Source: Macrostomum hystrix
Taxonomy: Eukaryota > Animalia > Platyhelminthes
Direction: 5' to 3'
Assembly: GCA_950097015.1 (NCBI GenBank)
Contig: CATNEN010000011.1
Span: forward strand, 3,410,001-3,474,000
Length of the DNA stretch: 64,000 nt
The notes below the pieces were generated by a model, which saw only the letters and a list, made by a program, of their open reading frames with translations, made no database searches and had not been told where the DNA came from. Within the stretch, counting starts at the first letter, position 1, and each line of letters begins with the position of its first letter. The position numbers were made by a program, and so were the translations under genes. Below are positions 1-12,100 of the stretch, piece by piece.

Positions 1-79
1 TTGCTTCCCGGCGTACATTTGAAATTTGAATTTCTGGCACACAAGACCATTTTTCTGGCATACAGTATGACACATTCGT

Positions 80-250
80 GAGTATGGTGATGGTGATGTT
101 GAGCCTCATGGTCTCCGGCACCACCTGGAAGATCCGATTGGACAAGCAGGGAAGCAGCTTGACGGGCGACGCCACGCAGCTGACGTCACCAATTTCATTC
201 ACGCCGACGATCGAGTCGCCTGAGTGCACTCTGCTGCCAGCGGAAGACTA
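80..250 (-). CDS. Possible internal exon of a gene continuing left of the window; unidentified, weakly PDZ-like
   Basis: An AG acceptor (attag) is followed by an open frame with coding-like codons: SSAGSRVHSGDSIVGVNEIGDVSCVASPVKLLPCLSNRIFQVVPETMRLNITITIL. GDSIVGVNE resembles the PDZ GDxIxxVNG motif. The donor is not resolved. Confidence 0.3.
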
Positions 251-1459
251 ATTAGATGACGAGGCATTTTACTATTGCAACACAGTCATGGTTACCCCTG
301 CCGTTTACCCAGATAAAAAAATATTTGGGCATAGGTATGTCGGATTTTTTTTAAAAACAAAGTCGCACGGCCGGTGTAAATTTGGGAGGTTGCGCATGTA
401 TGGACATGAGTTAACATGAATTATTTTACCATTCTAGTGCTAAATTTGTAAAAGAATGCCAAAGCTCAAAGTATAGTATATAAGCATAAGCTTTAGGCCC
501 TAGTGATTGATTTTTCTTTAAAAGTTTAGGAAACTTGAAATTTTGGCTTTATTATGTAGAATAGGTTTCCCAAAGTATACATTTTTATTGACTCTTGTCT
601 CTTGATTGCCAGCTATTTTCTATTCTTTGTCCACTAGACTTTATCCAACTCTAAAATTGTTACAGATAAGCCAAAAGCAAAGAAATGAAATAGTACTTAT
701 TACTCAAAATTGTTTCAACTTTGGAACTGCCTATTTAATATTCTTAATATTATGGTAATATATTCCAACCTGATATTTTCCTGACTTTAGATTATTTCAA
801 TCATATAGAAATTTTCTATATTTTCTCTCTGTATTAAATATACATTTGCTAGGTTAGAAAAATATCTTTTTTTTTGACAAAAAGTTTGCCTTAACTAGCT
901 AATGTTTAACATTTATTATTTAATTAATTAAAATAAACCCTAAACTAATCCCTAAACTTATAATAGATAAGGCCTTTAAGAATTTTAGGAAGGTTTATAA
1001 GAAGTAAAATTAATGTATTCAAATAAATTAAAAATGCTTAAGTACTCAAACTAGAAAAACAAAAAAGTTTTTTTCTAAAATATTTTTTAAATAGTCAATT
1101 AGTAGTAGTATACATTGATAGGCATTCTATTGATTTGTGGAATATTTAGGATAATGTAAAACAAAATGCCATCTGTTAAATAATGTTAAATAATGCCTAA
1201 GCTTAAATTTATTTTGATGAATAAAATATTTTTGAAATTTTAGTTTAGTAAGAATACTTGCCTAGCCTATATAGTGAGGATTTTCATAGCTATCACAAAA
1301 ATATTTCACATGTAAGCAAATGAATAAACATTTTAAGTAGCGAATATTTATTACATAGTAACTAAGATTTATTACCTATTATCTACTCACCATTTAGGTA
1401 AATTGACTTGAAAAACACCATTTAACTCTTTTATCTACCATTTATCACTTCATGTTTAG

Positions 1460-4400
1460 TTGTGCAATGGAGCCAACAGTACAGAGGACCCAGTCTACAA
1501 GAAGTTTAGCATTGATCCTGGCATTACAACATTTGAAGTACTGCAAAGACTACTGGCTAGAGCATTTGAGATTAAATGGTTTGGCTTCTCTTTTTTACTA
1601 CCAAGTTAAATAAGTATCGTTTGAATGTAGGCTAGCTTATAATGTAGATTGCATCCTCATTAATATTTTACAGTGACTTTACCATATCCTACTTGGTCAC
1701 CGACGATATTGGAGAAAAGGTCTACTTATCAATGCTATCTGACTGGGATTTGGATGCTGCGATACTAAGCGCTTCAGATCCCATCTTGAGGCTGAAGATT
1801 ATGTTAAGAAATTTTGACAATGGTAAGTTATAGTTATGAAATTAATGCTGTCGATGTTAACTATAACGCAAATATTATATTTCTTTATTGCTTTGTAATG
1901 ATCGATTGATAAAATTGAAGCTAGAATCGTAGCAGGATCGGCAGCAAAAATCTTATCAAGATCCGCAGCCAGAATATTATCGAGATCCGCAGCAAGAATC
2001 GTATCAGGATCCGCAGCAAGAATCTTATCAGGATCCGCAGCAAGAATCTTATCAGGATCCACAGCAAGAATATTAGTAGGATCCACAGCAAGAATCGTAT
2101 CAGGATCCGCAGCAAGAGTTGTATCAGGATCCGCAGCAAGAATCGTATCAGGATCCACAGCAAGAATCGTATCAGGATCCGCAGCAAGAATATTAGTAGG
2201 ATTCACAGCAAGAATCGTATCAGGATCCGCAGCAAGAACCGTATCAGGATCCGCAGCAAGAATCGTATCAGGATCCGCAGCAAGAATATTAGTAGGATTC
2301 GTAGCAAGAATCGTATCAGGATCCGCAGCAAGAATCGTATCAGGATCCACAACAAGAATCGTATCAGGATCCGCAGCAAGAATATTAGTAGGTTCCACAG
2401 CAAGAATCGTATCAGGATCCGCAGCAAGAATTGTATCAGGATCCGCAGCAAGAATCTTATCAGGATTCGCAGCTAGAATATTATAACAAAAAAGAGATAG
2501 TTTTTGTCACACATAATCTGTGACTATTTTATGTTGTGTTTCTAGTTGTTATATATTTACAAATGCAGTATTATGATTATTGTAGCTAATCTGCATTATT
2601 TCTTGCTGCTGAGCATAAAACAGTCACATGTTTATGTATTTTTTATTTCAGGCTTAGAAAGCGGAATATTCACCTTTCATCAGGTGTACAATCAGAGCTT
2701 TGAGGACGGACTGAATCACGATGATGATGCCAGAATAGCGTGTAATGATTTTGCATAGCTTTGTTAAACATGTTTACTGGATTCGATTTGATTTCTTGCA
2801 ATGAAAATGGTTAAAAGGCTAGTAGTTTAGACTCATTGTCAAGCTATCTTTATTACAAGCTCCTACTCATACTTTTGTCCTTATATAATCCCTATTTCAA
2901 GGTCCATCAATGAACATTTAAATTATTATATTGGTTATTTATGCCTTGTGGTATCTGGGATAAAGATTGTAAGCTTGTTCAAAATCATGTTAAATTAGGT
3001 GTCACAAATCAGTGAAAGTTTTTGAGTAACGTTTTGTGCCCATGTGTGAATTAACTGTTTGTTATTGCGGTGATGTGTTTAAAAAGGCTTGCGATTGCTT
3101 GCGATTTCATTGTTTTTTATATCTTTATTCATAAATATTTTAGCTGATCACATTTTAATTAGGTCTTTGTTGCACTTGTTTTCTCTGCCGCAGGCATGGA
3201 CAAAGACTGGGATATTATATCGCGCGGAGAATTACCATTGCAATCGCAAGCAGGTCTATTGGCCATACAGCGGCAGCAACAGCAGCAGCAGCAGCAACAG
3301 CAGGGATCATTGTCCTCTTCTAAATCATCGTCAAACGCTCTAGTTGCGTCGAATTCTAGCTCATCAGCGGCGGCGGCGGCGGCGGGGGCTTCAAATGGTA
3401 GCAACGGGCCGCAGGACACATCACCCGCCGGCGGTACAGCGGGATCTAGCTCAGCTGGGCAGTTTTTTTCCCAGCTAGGTAGTCACGTTGGCAAGTCAAT
3501 GTTCTCCCAGATGCAGAAAGCTGTTGGCGGTTGGAAAATTTTGCCTGATTTGAATCTACCAGCGACGGCTAGTTCGGCGTTGTCGTTCGCTAGACAAGAC
3601 CTGCTGTCAGCAGCTCCGCCCAGGGCGCCTGTGTCTGACAGGGAGTTTCAATCGCATCTTGACTCTGCTGGTCGGGTGCGAGACTTCTGGGCTCTGAAAC
3701 AGGCCGTGTTTCTGGGCGGATTGGACCCGTCTTTGCGCAAGGTCAGTGGAATTTTTGCGAGTGTCGGTGGATTTTATAGGATCGGTCAGTGGGGGTTGCC
3801 TGAAGTGTCGGTGGATTTAATAGGATCGGTCAGTGGGGGTTGCCTGAAGTGTCGGTGGATTTAAAAACATATAGTAATCTTTCAAGCCAATTCACAGTTC
3901 GCATCATCAAGTTTAGCATCTGATTAATTGAATCCTATGTCAAATTACAGGTTGCCTGGCGCCTGCTGTTACCCGTGTTCCCTAAGGGCAGCACTGGTCA
4001 GGAGCGGATGGCATTCATGAAGCGGTCGGCTCAGCGCTACTCGGACATGAAACGGCGCTGGAAGGAGACGTATGCCGCTGGCCAAATGAGTCAGGGCCAC
4101 CTAGCACTCATCACCGCCATCAGCAAGGATGTGATCAGAACTGACAGAGGTGTGTATACTCTGCTGATATATACTGCCTGACTGTCTATTAACTCTATTA
4201 ACTTTCTATTAATAAAGAATTATATAGGTATTTGAAATAAAAGTACAATGTTCAAACCAATATTTGAGCCGCTTATGCGGCTTTAACAGCACTGTTCTCA
4301 AAATTAACTGCTCAAATCAAATCCGATTCCCTTGAACAAGACCAGGCCTTTTTTGCCTATCCGCCCGTGAATAATCCCAGCCAATTGGCTCACTTGCATC

Positions 4401-7056
4401 TCATGAGTCTGCTGCGCTGTGGATACAGTGGGCCCATTATGCCTGATCGATCGGCGCATCAATCTGAACAGAAGGATTTGCATCGTCCAAATAATAGCAA
4501 TGGTTTTCCATTTAGATTATTTTTATTTAGATCATAATGTAGCTTCATTAATATGATCATGCCTTTGTAGGGCCTGTGTGTTCTACCAAATATATTTTTA
4601 TGCCATCTTTCTGTTCTAGTCTTTCAGATCTCTAGACATGTGATCCCAATTCTTCCTGTCCCAAACTCTTTTAATCTCAATTCTTCCCGTCCCAAACTCT
4701 TTTAATCCCAATTCTTCCCATTTCAAACTCTTTTAATCCCAATTCTTCCCATTTCAACCTCTTTTAATCCCAATTCTTCTCATTTCAAACTCTTTTAATC
4801 CCAATTCTTCCCGTCTCAAACTCTTTTAATCTCAATTCTTCCCATCCCAAACTCTTTTAATCCCAATTCTTCCCATCCCAAACTCTTTTTATCCCAATCC
4901 TTCTCATCCCAAACTCTTTTAATCCCAATTCTTCCCGTCTCAAACTCTTTTAATCCCAATCCTTCCCATCCCAAACTCTTTTAATCCCAATTCTTCCCAT
5001 CCCAAACTCTTTTAATCCCAATCCTTCTCATCCCAAACTCTTTTAATCCCAATTCTTCCCGTCCCAAACTCTTTTAATCCCAATTCTTCCTGTCCCAAAC
5101 TCTTTTAATCCCAATTCTTCCCGTCCCAAACTCTTTTAATCCCAATTCTTCCCGTCCCAAACTCTTTTAATCCCAATTCTTCCCATCCCAAACTCTTTTA
5201 ATTCCAATTCTTCCCGTCCCAAACTCTTTTAATCCCAATTCTTCCCGTCCCAAACTCTTTTAATCGCGATTCATGGTATCCCTCCTCTTGTAATAAAAAT
5301 TCTAAATCTTTGTTTTTAACCAATTCCAATAAGTACTAACACTTTATACCATGTATTTTAATTTGCGAATTAGTTTTTTTAATCAGATTTCACTTGTGAA
5401 GGTTTTAAAGCAATCGTTTGTTTCTTAGAAAAATAAATTACCTAGTCAAAAAAACGGAAGATTTTGTATAATGTACTATCCGCACTACTCACGAATAGTA
5501 GAAATAATACAAATATTGAGTCTATAAAAAATTAAAAACAATATATCGATTTTTTAGAAAATTTTTCATTAACGTCCACTTAAAAAATGAAGAAGCGATT
5601 CCTTCATATTTAATGCAAAATTATCCCTGCCCATCCAGGTCATCCGTTCTACTCTGGCGGTAGCGGTAATCTTGCCTCGGGAGGCAGCATGGCCGATGCT
5701 GATAGCGAATATTCGCCCCATGTTCTGCAACTGTTCGACTTGCTAGTGACTTACGCTATTTACCATCCCTCGGTGGGGTATGCCCAAGGTGAGTCGCTTT
5801 CTCTGGGATTAAATTATCCCTCTGAGTAAAATCCCTCTTCTTAGATCCTTATATAGACGTAATTTCTAGGTCTTTGAAAACCTCCTCAGATCCTCACAGA
5901 GAAATTCCATTCTCAGATTCAATGAAATAACCTATTCTCAGATCCTCACAGAGAAATTCCATTCTCAGATTCAATTAAATAACCTATTCTCAGATCCTCA
6001 CGATGAAATCTCATCTCATATCCTCACAATAAAATCCCATTATCAGATCCTCACAACAAAATCCCATTTTCAGATCCTCACAACAAAATCCCATTCTCAT
6101 ATCCTCACAATCAAATCCCATTATCAGATCCTCACAATATATTGTGAGGATACACAATGGGATTATGGGATAATGGGATTTTATAAAATCCCATTCTCAG
6201 ATCCCCATCCAAAAATCCCACTTGTCCAGGCATGAGCGATCTAGCCAGCCCATTGCTGGTGGTGCAAGAGGACGAGGCGTACGCCTACATCTGCTTCTGC
6301 GCCCTGATGTGCCGCACCAAAGACAATTTCCGGCGCGAGTCAACCGCCATGCTGACCAAATTTCAGCACCTCCACGATCTCATTGTGCATATGGATGCCG
6401 AGCTAGCCGCATTCCTTCGCTGCCACGGCTTAGCTGACATGTTCTTCACTCACCGCTGGCTGCTGTTGGAGATGAAGCGAGAATTTGAATTTAGCGACAC
6501 GCTGCGCATGCTAGAAATTCAGTGGGCCGCCCTACCGCATCTGTTCACTTTTCCGCGCGGCGCCAACGGTGTGCCATTGCAGGAGGCCTGCTTCGACACC
6601 TCCCTGCCCGCCGGCGGGGCTGCCGTATGTCCGGGCGCCGTCGCTGGAGGCTCAGCTTCGCCGCCTTCGCCGAAGGACACGCCCTACCTCCGCCTGCAGT
6701 CAATGCTGAGACAATCTCGCGAGGAGGTGTCTAGCGGCTCCGCGGTGTCGTCCTCCGTTGTCGTATTGAAAGATGGAGTCGTTGAACTGCCACCGCCTGA
6801 AGCTCTTGGCTGCGGCAATCCGTTCCTATTGTTCATGTGCGCCAGCATGCTGCAGGAGCATCGCGACCGGGTGATGCGGTCCTGTCACGACATGTGCGAA
6901 ATTGTTATGCACTTTAATAGACTAATTCGCAGTCACAATTTGGGCGCCATTTTGAATCGGGCCAGGCAAATGTACACGGAGTACATGGAGGCTCAAGATG
7001 ACAAGTTTTCGCTGGCCCTCACTTCCGGCGTTCAAACGGCTTCATCTGCTGAGTGA
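1460..7056 (+). CDS. TBC1D25: TBC1 domain family member 25-like Rab GAP; first coding exon not identified
   Basis: Exons are 1460-1578, 1674-1822, 3194-3741, 3951-4149, 5639-5788 and 6230-7056, all GT-AG and phase-consistent (664 codons). The N-terminus has KFSIDPGITTFEVLQRLLARAF...YLSMLSDWDLDAA...DWDIIS, typical of TBC1D25. TBC motifs include GGLDPSLRKVAWRLLL, KDVIRTDR, YAQGMSDLASPLL and FFTHRWLLLEMKREF. Confidence 0.9.
1921..2480. repeat. 24-bp minisatellite (gcagcaagaatcgtatcaggatcc), GAATC family, intronic
   Basis: Direct tandem units are visible. They explain ORFs 1799-2398, 1921-2187 and 2203-2451. Confidence 0.95.
2652..2741 (+). CDS. Putative 90-nt symmetric (phase 1-1) cassette exon of TBC1D25-like
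   Basis: Strong acceptor (ttttatttcag), open frame GLESGIFTFHQVYNQSFEDGLNHDDDARIA, and donor gtaatg at 2742. Inclusion or skipping both keep the frame. Confidence 0.5.
3760..3864. repeat. Short ~44-bp tandem duplication just after a splice donor
   Basis: gtgtcggtggattt-ataggatcggtcagtgggggttgcctgaa is repeated about 2.3 times. Confidence 0.8.
4645..5265. repeat. 31-bp minisatellite (cccaattcttcccatcccaaactcttttaat), intronic
   Basis: About 20 direct units are visible. Confidence 0.95.
5830..6200. repeat. Degenerate ~27-30-bp minisatellite (cccattctcagatcctcaca...) with a local inversion
   Basis: Tandem units are visible, plus two perfect 24-bp palindromes at 6128-6151 and 6172-6195. Confidence 0.85.
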
Positions 7057-7289
7057 CTTTCTTTCATAATTCTTAATTATTAATTCATAGTTCATTATAA
7101 GTTATTAACTATGAGTTTGTAATGCACGTCAGAGCTTAAAAAGAAATCAGGATTTTCTTGAGTATTAGTGTCCATTTTGTTTTCAAGTTCAGCTAAAACC
7201 TTAACGGGCGATGTAAAAAACTATTAGTGTAGATTTTCTAGATTTCTATAAAATAATTCGTTAATGTACATTTAAACTCAAAATATATA

Positions 7290-7555
7290 ATCCGGATTCC
7301 CGTATTTACGATTGCTTAGTGTACATTCAAACTAAAAATAGAATTGGGGATTCCCGTATCTACGATTGCTTAGTGCGCGCGTTCATACTAAAATAGAATT
7401 GGGGATCCCGTATCTACGATTGCTTAGTGCGCGAGTTCATACTAAAAATAGAATTGGGGTTTCCCGTATCTACGATTGCTTAGTGCGCGCGTTCATACTA
7501 AAAATAGAATTGGGGATTCCCGTATCTACGATTGCTTAGTGCACATTCCAACTTA
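7290..7555. repeat. ~55-bp tandem repeat, 5 copies, downstream of the TBC1D25 stop
   Basis: Units read gattcccgtatctacgattgcttagtgcgcgcgttcatactaaaatagaattggg. Confidence 0.9.
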
Positions 7556-8642
7556 AACTATTTTTTTGTTTTAATATTAAATCGTCTAGATTAGACGTAA
7601 CTCTCAAAATAACAACTCAAAATATGTCCTTATCAGTAGGTCTGTTCTAAAAATAGCAACATAGGATTTCCCTCAGCTTCGATCGATCGATAGTTTTATT
7701 TATTGCGCGCATGTAATAAAATTTTACTTTTCCTTCAAAACACTTATGTCACACGTTACCTCAGTTACAGATTTCGATTCAATATTTGAGCTGTTGCAGA
7801 GTACACAGAGACCTGCAGATTAGCCACCTTTATTTTTTTAATTTATGTTTAGCAATCGTACTACTGCTAGAGCGACTGCTAAGTAGTATTTGCGCGCATA
7901 GGTTAGTCTATTACCTGTTTTGCAATACATTCATAAATATCTATGCCTACATTCAATATTATTCAGTTTGCAGTTGGTTATTGCTTGTACATAGTTTATT
8001 GCTGTGCGATAAATCAATAATATTAACTGGTTTTCTTACAAATAATGTATCTTTTGTTTTTTTCTGCGGAATATTGGGTCACTAAACTACATAGTTAAGA
8101 ATAAACGAGTTTTTGAAATTTTGAATCTTTTCAAACTACTTATAGTTGTTTTTTTCATTGCAATATCAAATTTAGTTGAAAGCATATTCTAAAAATATGT
8201 TTTAGTATTATTGATTATCATTATTGAATATGATTATAATTAATACCTACAGTAGATTGGGTGATGGTCGGCATTTACATTCGGTTTGTTTGTTTATTTT
8301 TCCTCCAACGCAATATCCGTCTTAATGTTTTGAATTTTTGTTTGTAATCGCTTCTATTATTTTGCTAAGTAGTTGTATTATTATATCTGTTATAGTCACA
8401 GCGTGCAAGTAAAACTTGAATATTTCTTATATATCTCAAAATTTGTTTAATCCATCCGTTCATTCCAAGATACAAAAAAATTGTTTTACTTTGTTCAGTT
8501 CAGAAATAAATGGAGTGTTTAATTCTTAAAATGCTTTATTTGTTGCGACTGAGATTATGTCTATAGCAAAATTTTATTTTGTTTCTGGCTAATATTGCTT
8601 GTATTAACTTGCTATTCCTTTGTTAAATAAGGTCTTGTTATA

Positions 8643-8869
8643 ATGTATCCCACACTGTCCCAGATCCCACTGCCTCATTCCAACACTCCCAGATCCCACA
8701 GCCTTGTGTATCCCACACTGTCCCAGATCCCACAGCCTTGTGTATCCCACACTGTCCCAGATCCCACAGCCTTGTGTATCCCACACTCTCCCAGATCCCA
8801 CAGCCTTGTGTATCCCACACTCTCCCAGATCCCACAGCCTTGTGTATCCCACACTGTCCCAGATCCCAC
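8643..8869. repeat. 34-bp minisatellite, left part (tgtgtatcccacactctcccagatcccacagcct)
   Basis: Tandem units are interrupted by the LTR element and resume at 13535. Confidence 0.95.
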
Positions 8870-9043
8870 TGTTGTGGCTGCTAGCCAAATAAGCGAGGCG
8901 AGGCCAAGTCCAGTTAACCAAGGGTGAGGGTGCTCTCTCGCGTAGCGAGAGCCGTGTATATATATTATTGAACTTGAACCTCACATGTACATTGATTACA
9001 TAAGTACACTATGAGCAAATGTGCACGTAGGCCATTCACAACA
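8870..9043 (-). repeat. 3' LTR (174 bp)
   Basis: TG...CA termini; matches 13361-13534 at every position compared. Confidence 0.97.
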
Positions 9044-9060
9044 TCATCCCCCCTCCAAAG
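9044..9060 (-). promoter_or_regulatory. Polypurine tract
   Basis: The minus strand reads ...GGAGGGGGGATGA directly before the 3' LTR. Confidence 0.85.
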
Positions 9061-9173
9061 AGGTGACAGGCAACGGGCGGGATGGCATAGTTTGAGACAT
9101 GCATTTAATCAGTTCGTATCGCATGTGATTGCTCTCTCCACAACAGTCACTTGAGTCACATGTCGGTTCACAC

Positions 9174-12100
9174 TCAATCGTGGGTCACGACACTGCCGAA
9201 CCGTTGAGGCGGTGCACGATGCCTCTCAGAACGACGCAGCGGTGGCATTGGTGGCGCTGGGCTTGTCGGCGCACCCGCTGGCTGGGGTGGCAGCTCACCG
9301 TCACCGTCATCGTCGCACCAGCCGCGGCGGTTGTCTGGGATGCAGCGGCTGATGTGCCAGCGACTGCCATCGGTTAGCGTCAGTGTGTTGCCGTTGCGAC
9401 CGACGACCGTCATCGGCTCGGAGATGCCGCTGCCGAGTTTGCTTTTCTTCGGTCGGCGTACGCGGACACGACTGCCGACGGTCAATGCGGCGCTCCGCGA
9501 TTGCTGATTCTGCTTGGAAGGTTTCCGGCGACTTTCGGCTCGCTGCTGTTGTTCCTGGACGGTGCGCCGCAGCGCCTGGCTGGGCGCGGACTCAGGCTCG
9601 GCCGGTTGAAGCCGGTCAAGATGCAGGCGAAGCTTCCGCCCTAGCATCATCTCGGCCGGGGTCTTCTTGGTCAGCGCGTGTTCAGCCGATCGATACGCTA
9701 GCAGGAGTTCCTGCACAGCTTGCTTCATGGCCACGCCGTCGGCCAACAGGGCTCGTAGAGAAGACTTGATGAAGCCGTTGAACCTTTCGACTCCGCCGTT
9801 CTGCTGCGGACAATAGAATGGAGTCCGGCGATGCTTGATGCCAAGTGAGCTGAGGAAGTCCGTGAACTCGCTCGACACGAATTGTGGTCCGTTGTCAGTT
9901 GTGATCTCGTCTGGCAGGCCCCAGCGGACGAACAGGCTGCGAAGGGCCTCGATGCAGGCAGTAGAGGTTACGGATGAAGACGCGATGATCTCGGGCCACT
10001 TGGAGTAGAGGTCGTGGACTACGATGAGGAATCTGTGCGAATTTGGCGCTTCGGTTGCCGGGAGCTCTCCGACGATGTCGACTTGGAGCTGTCTCCACGG
10101 GCCGGCTGGTAGTCCCGTGGTTGACCAGGGCACCTTGATCGGCTTGAACGCCTTCTCCGACAGAATGCAGGCACTGCAGTTCCTCACGAATGTCTCCACG
10201 TCGCTGTCAATGCGCGGCCACCAGACAGTTTCGCGGCATCGCGCCTTGACCTTCGCCACGCCGAGATGCCCTTGATGCGCCTCCGTCAACACCAGGTCGC
10301 GGAGTGAGGCTGGGATGACCGCACGGCTGCCTCTCGCCAGACAGCGCCCGTCGTTCCACAGGCAGAGCTCGTGCTGCACCTGATGGAAACCCTTCAGGTC
10401 GCTAGGAGTCTCGGTGGGCCATCCGTTGAGCACGAACTGAACGACTCGCTGCAGTTGGTCATCGCTAGCTGTGGCCTCGGCGAGCTGAGCAACTGAAATA
10501 GGCTCGGAGCTCCTGGCAAGCACTAGGTTGATGTCTGACTCAGTTTGACGTTGATCAATCGATTCTTGGCCGATCTTTTTACGATCGTAGCCGTAGCGGG
10601 ACAGAAAGTCAGGTTTGACGTTTAGCTTACCAGGAACATACTCGATGTCAAAATCGTAGACGAAGAGTCGCTCACACCAGCGTTGAAGCCGAAGAGGCCG
10701 CTGGCCGCTTCCGCGTGCTGATAGCAGGGTGGTCAGAGCCTGGTGGTCGGTCAGCAGCTTGAACTTCCGGCCGTACAGCAGAAGGTGCCAGTGCTCGCAG
10801 CTCCAGACGCAGGCCAGGGCCTCCTTCTCCGTCGCGGAGTAACGGCGCTCGGTGTCGGACAGAGCGCGCGAGGCGAAGGCGACTGGACGAAGTTGTCCAC
10901 GCTCGTCAATTTGGCCCAGAGTAGCGCCCAGGGCGACGTCGCTGCTGTCACACGAGACGACTGTTTCGTGGCTCTGATCGAAGAATTTTAGGCACGGCGC
11001 AGATGAGATGAGCCGCTTGACCTCACTGAAGGCTGCCTCGCACTTCTTATCCCAGTTCCAGGGCACATCCTTGCGCAGGAGTGCTGTCAGCGGCTCGGCG
11101 ACATGCGACAGGTTCTTGATGTAGAACTGGAGAAACTTTGCGAAACCGAGGAAGGAAGCAAGCTCGGACGCGTTCGTCGGTGCCTTGAGTTGCTCTACTG
11201 ACTCAGCGTGGGACTGAAGCGGCTGGATGCCGGTGGCGCTGATCCGATGTCCGACGAACTGGATCTCTGGAACCTTGAAAACGCACTTCTTGAGGTTGAT
11301 GGTGACTCGGTGATGCAGCAGCTTGTCCAGGACTCGGAAAAGGCGTTTGTCATGCTCGGCTTCCGTTGCCGCGTGCACCGCGATGTCATCTTGATAGTGC
11401 ATGATGCCGTCGATGCCTTCCAGGATCTTGCCGACGACCTTCTGGAAGGCCGCCGGAGCTGAGCTGATTCCGAATGGCATTCGCTTGAATCGGTACAGGC
11501 CGGATTCTGTGTGGAAGCAGGTCAGGTTCTTGGCGTCTTCGTGCAGCGGCAGTTGCAGGTACGACTGGTTGAGATCAATCCGCGAGAACCACTTGGAGTT
11601 GGAAAACTCGGTAACTAGGTCGGCGAATGTTGGCAGTGACATCGAGTCTGGGACAATCGCCTTGTTGACACTGCGCAGATCGACGCAGAGGCGAAGCTTC
11701 CCGTCAGACTTCCTGGCGCAAGTGACATTCGATTGCCAATCAGGAACGTCGCCTTCGGCGCGCTCGATGATGCCTTCTTCCTTCCAGCGATGGATCTCCG
11801 CAGCACACTCTTGGCGCAGAGCGAGCGGCAGCCGGCGCATCCGCTGGGCTACCGGCGGCACGGTCGGGTCTACCCTGGGGCGGTGGCAGAAGCCCTTGAT
11901 CTCGCCGAGACCGGTGCCTAAAGTGTGGTACTTGGCAGGAATCCAATCTGGCATAGGTGGCCTACCTGAAGCCTCGTTACCCGAGCTAATAGTGAAGATT
12001 TGATGGCCGGAAGGTCCGAGGACCTTGCAGTCGAGTTTGTCCATCAGGTCGATGCCCATCAGGTCGTCGCCGTCCATCACAATTGTGAAGGTGAACAACG

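Noticed and set aside
256-334. First coding exon of TBC1D25 ending at the donor near 335
   Set aside because: Its open frames join exon 1460 in the wrong phase. At most it is a UTR exon.
7786-8085. 99-aa hydrophobic ORF
   Set aside because: It has an alternative start codon, AT-rich intergenic composition, and no recognisable motif or splice support.
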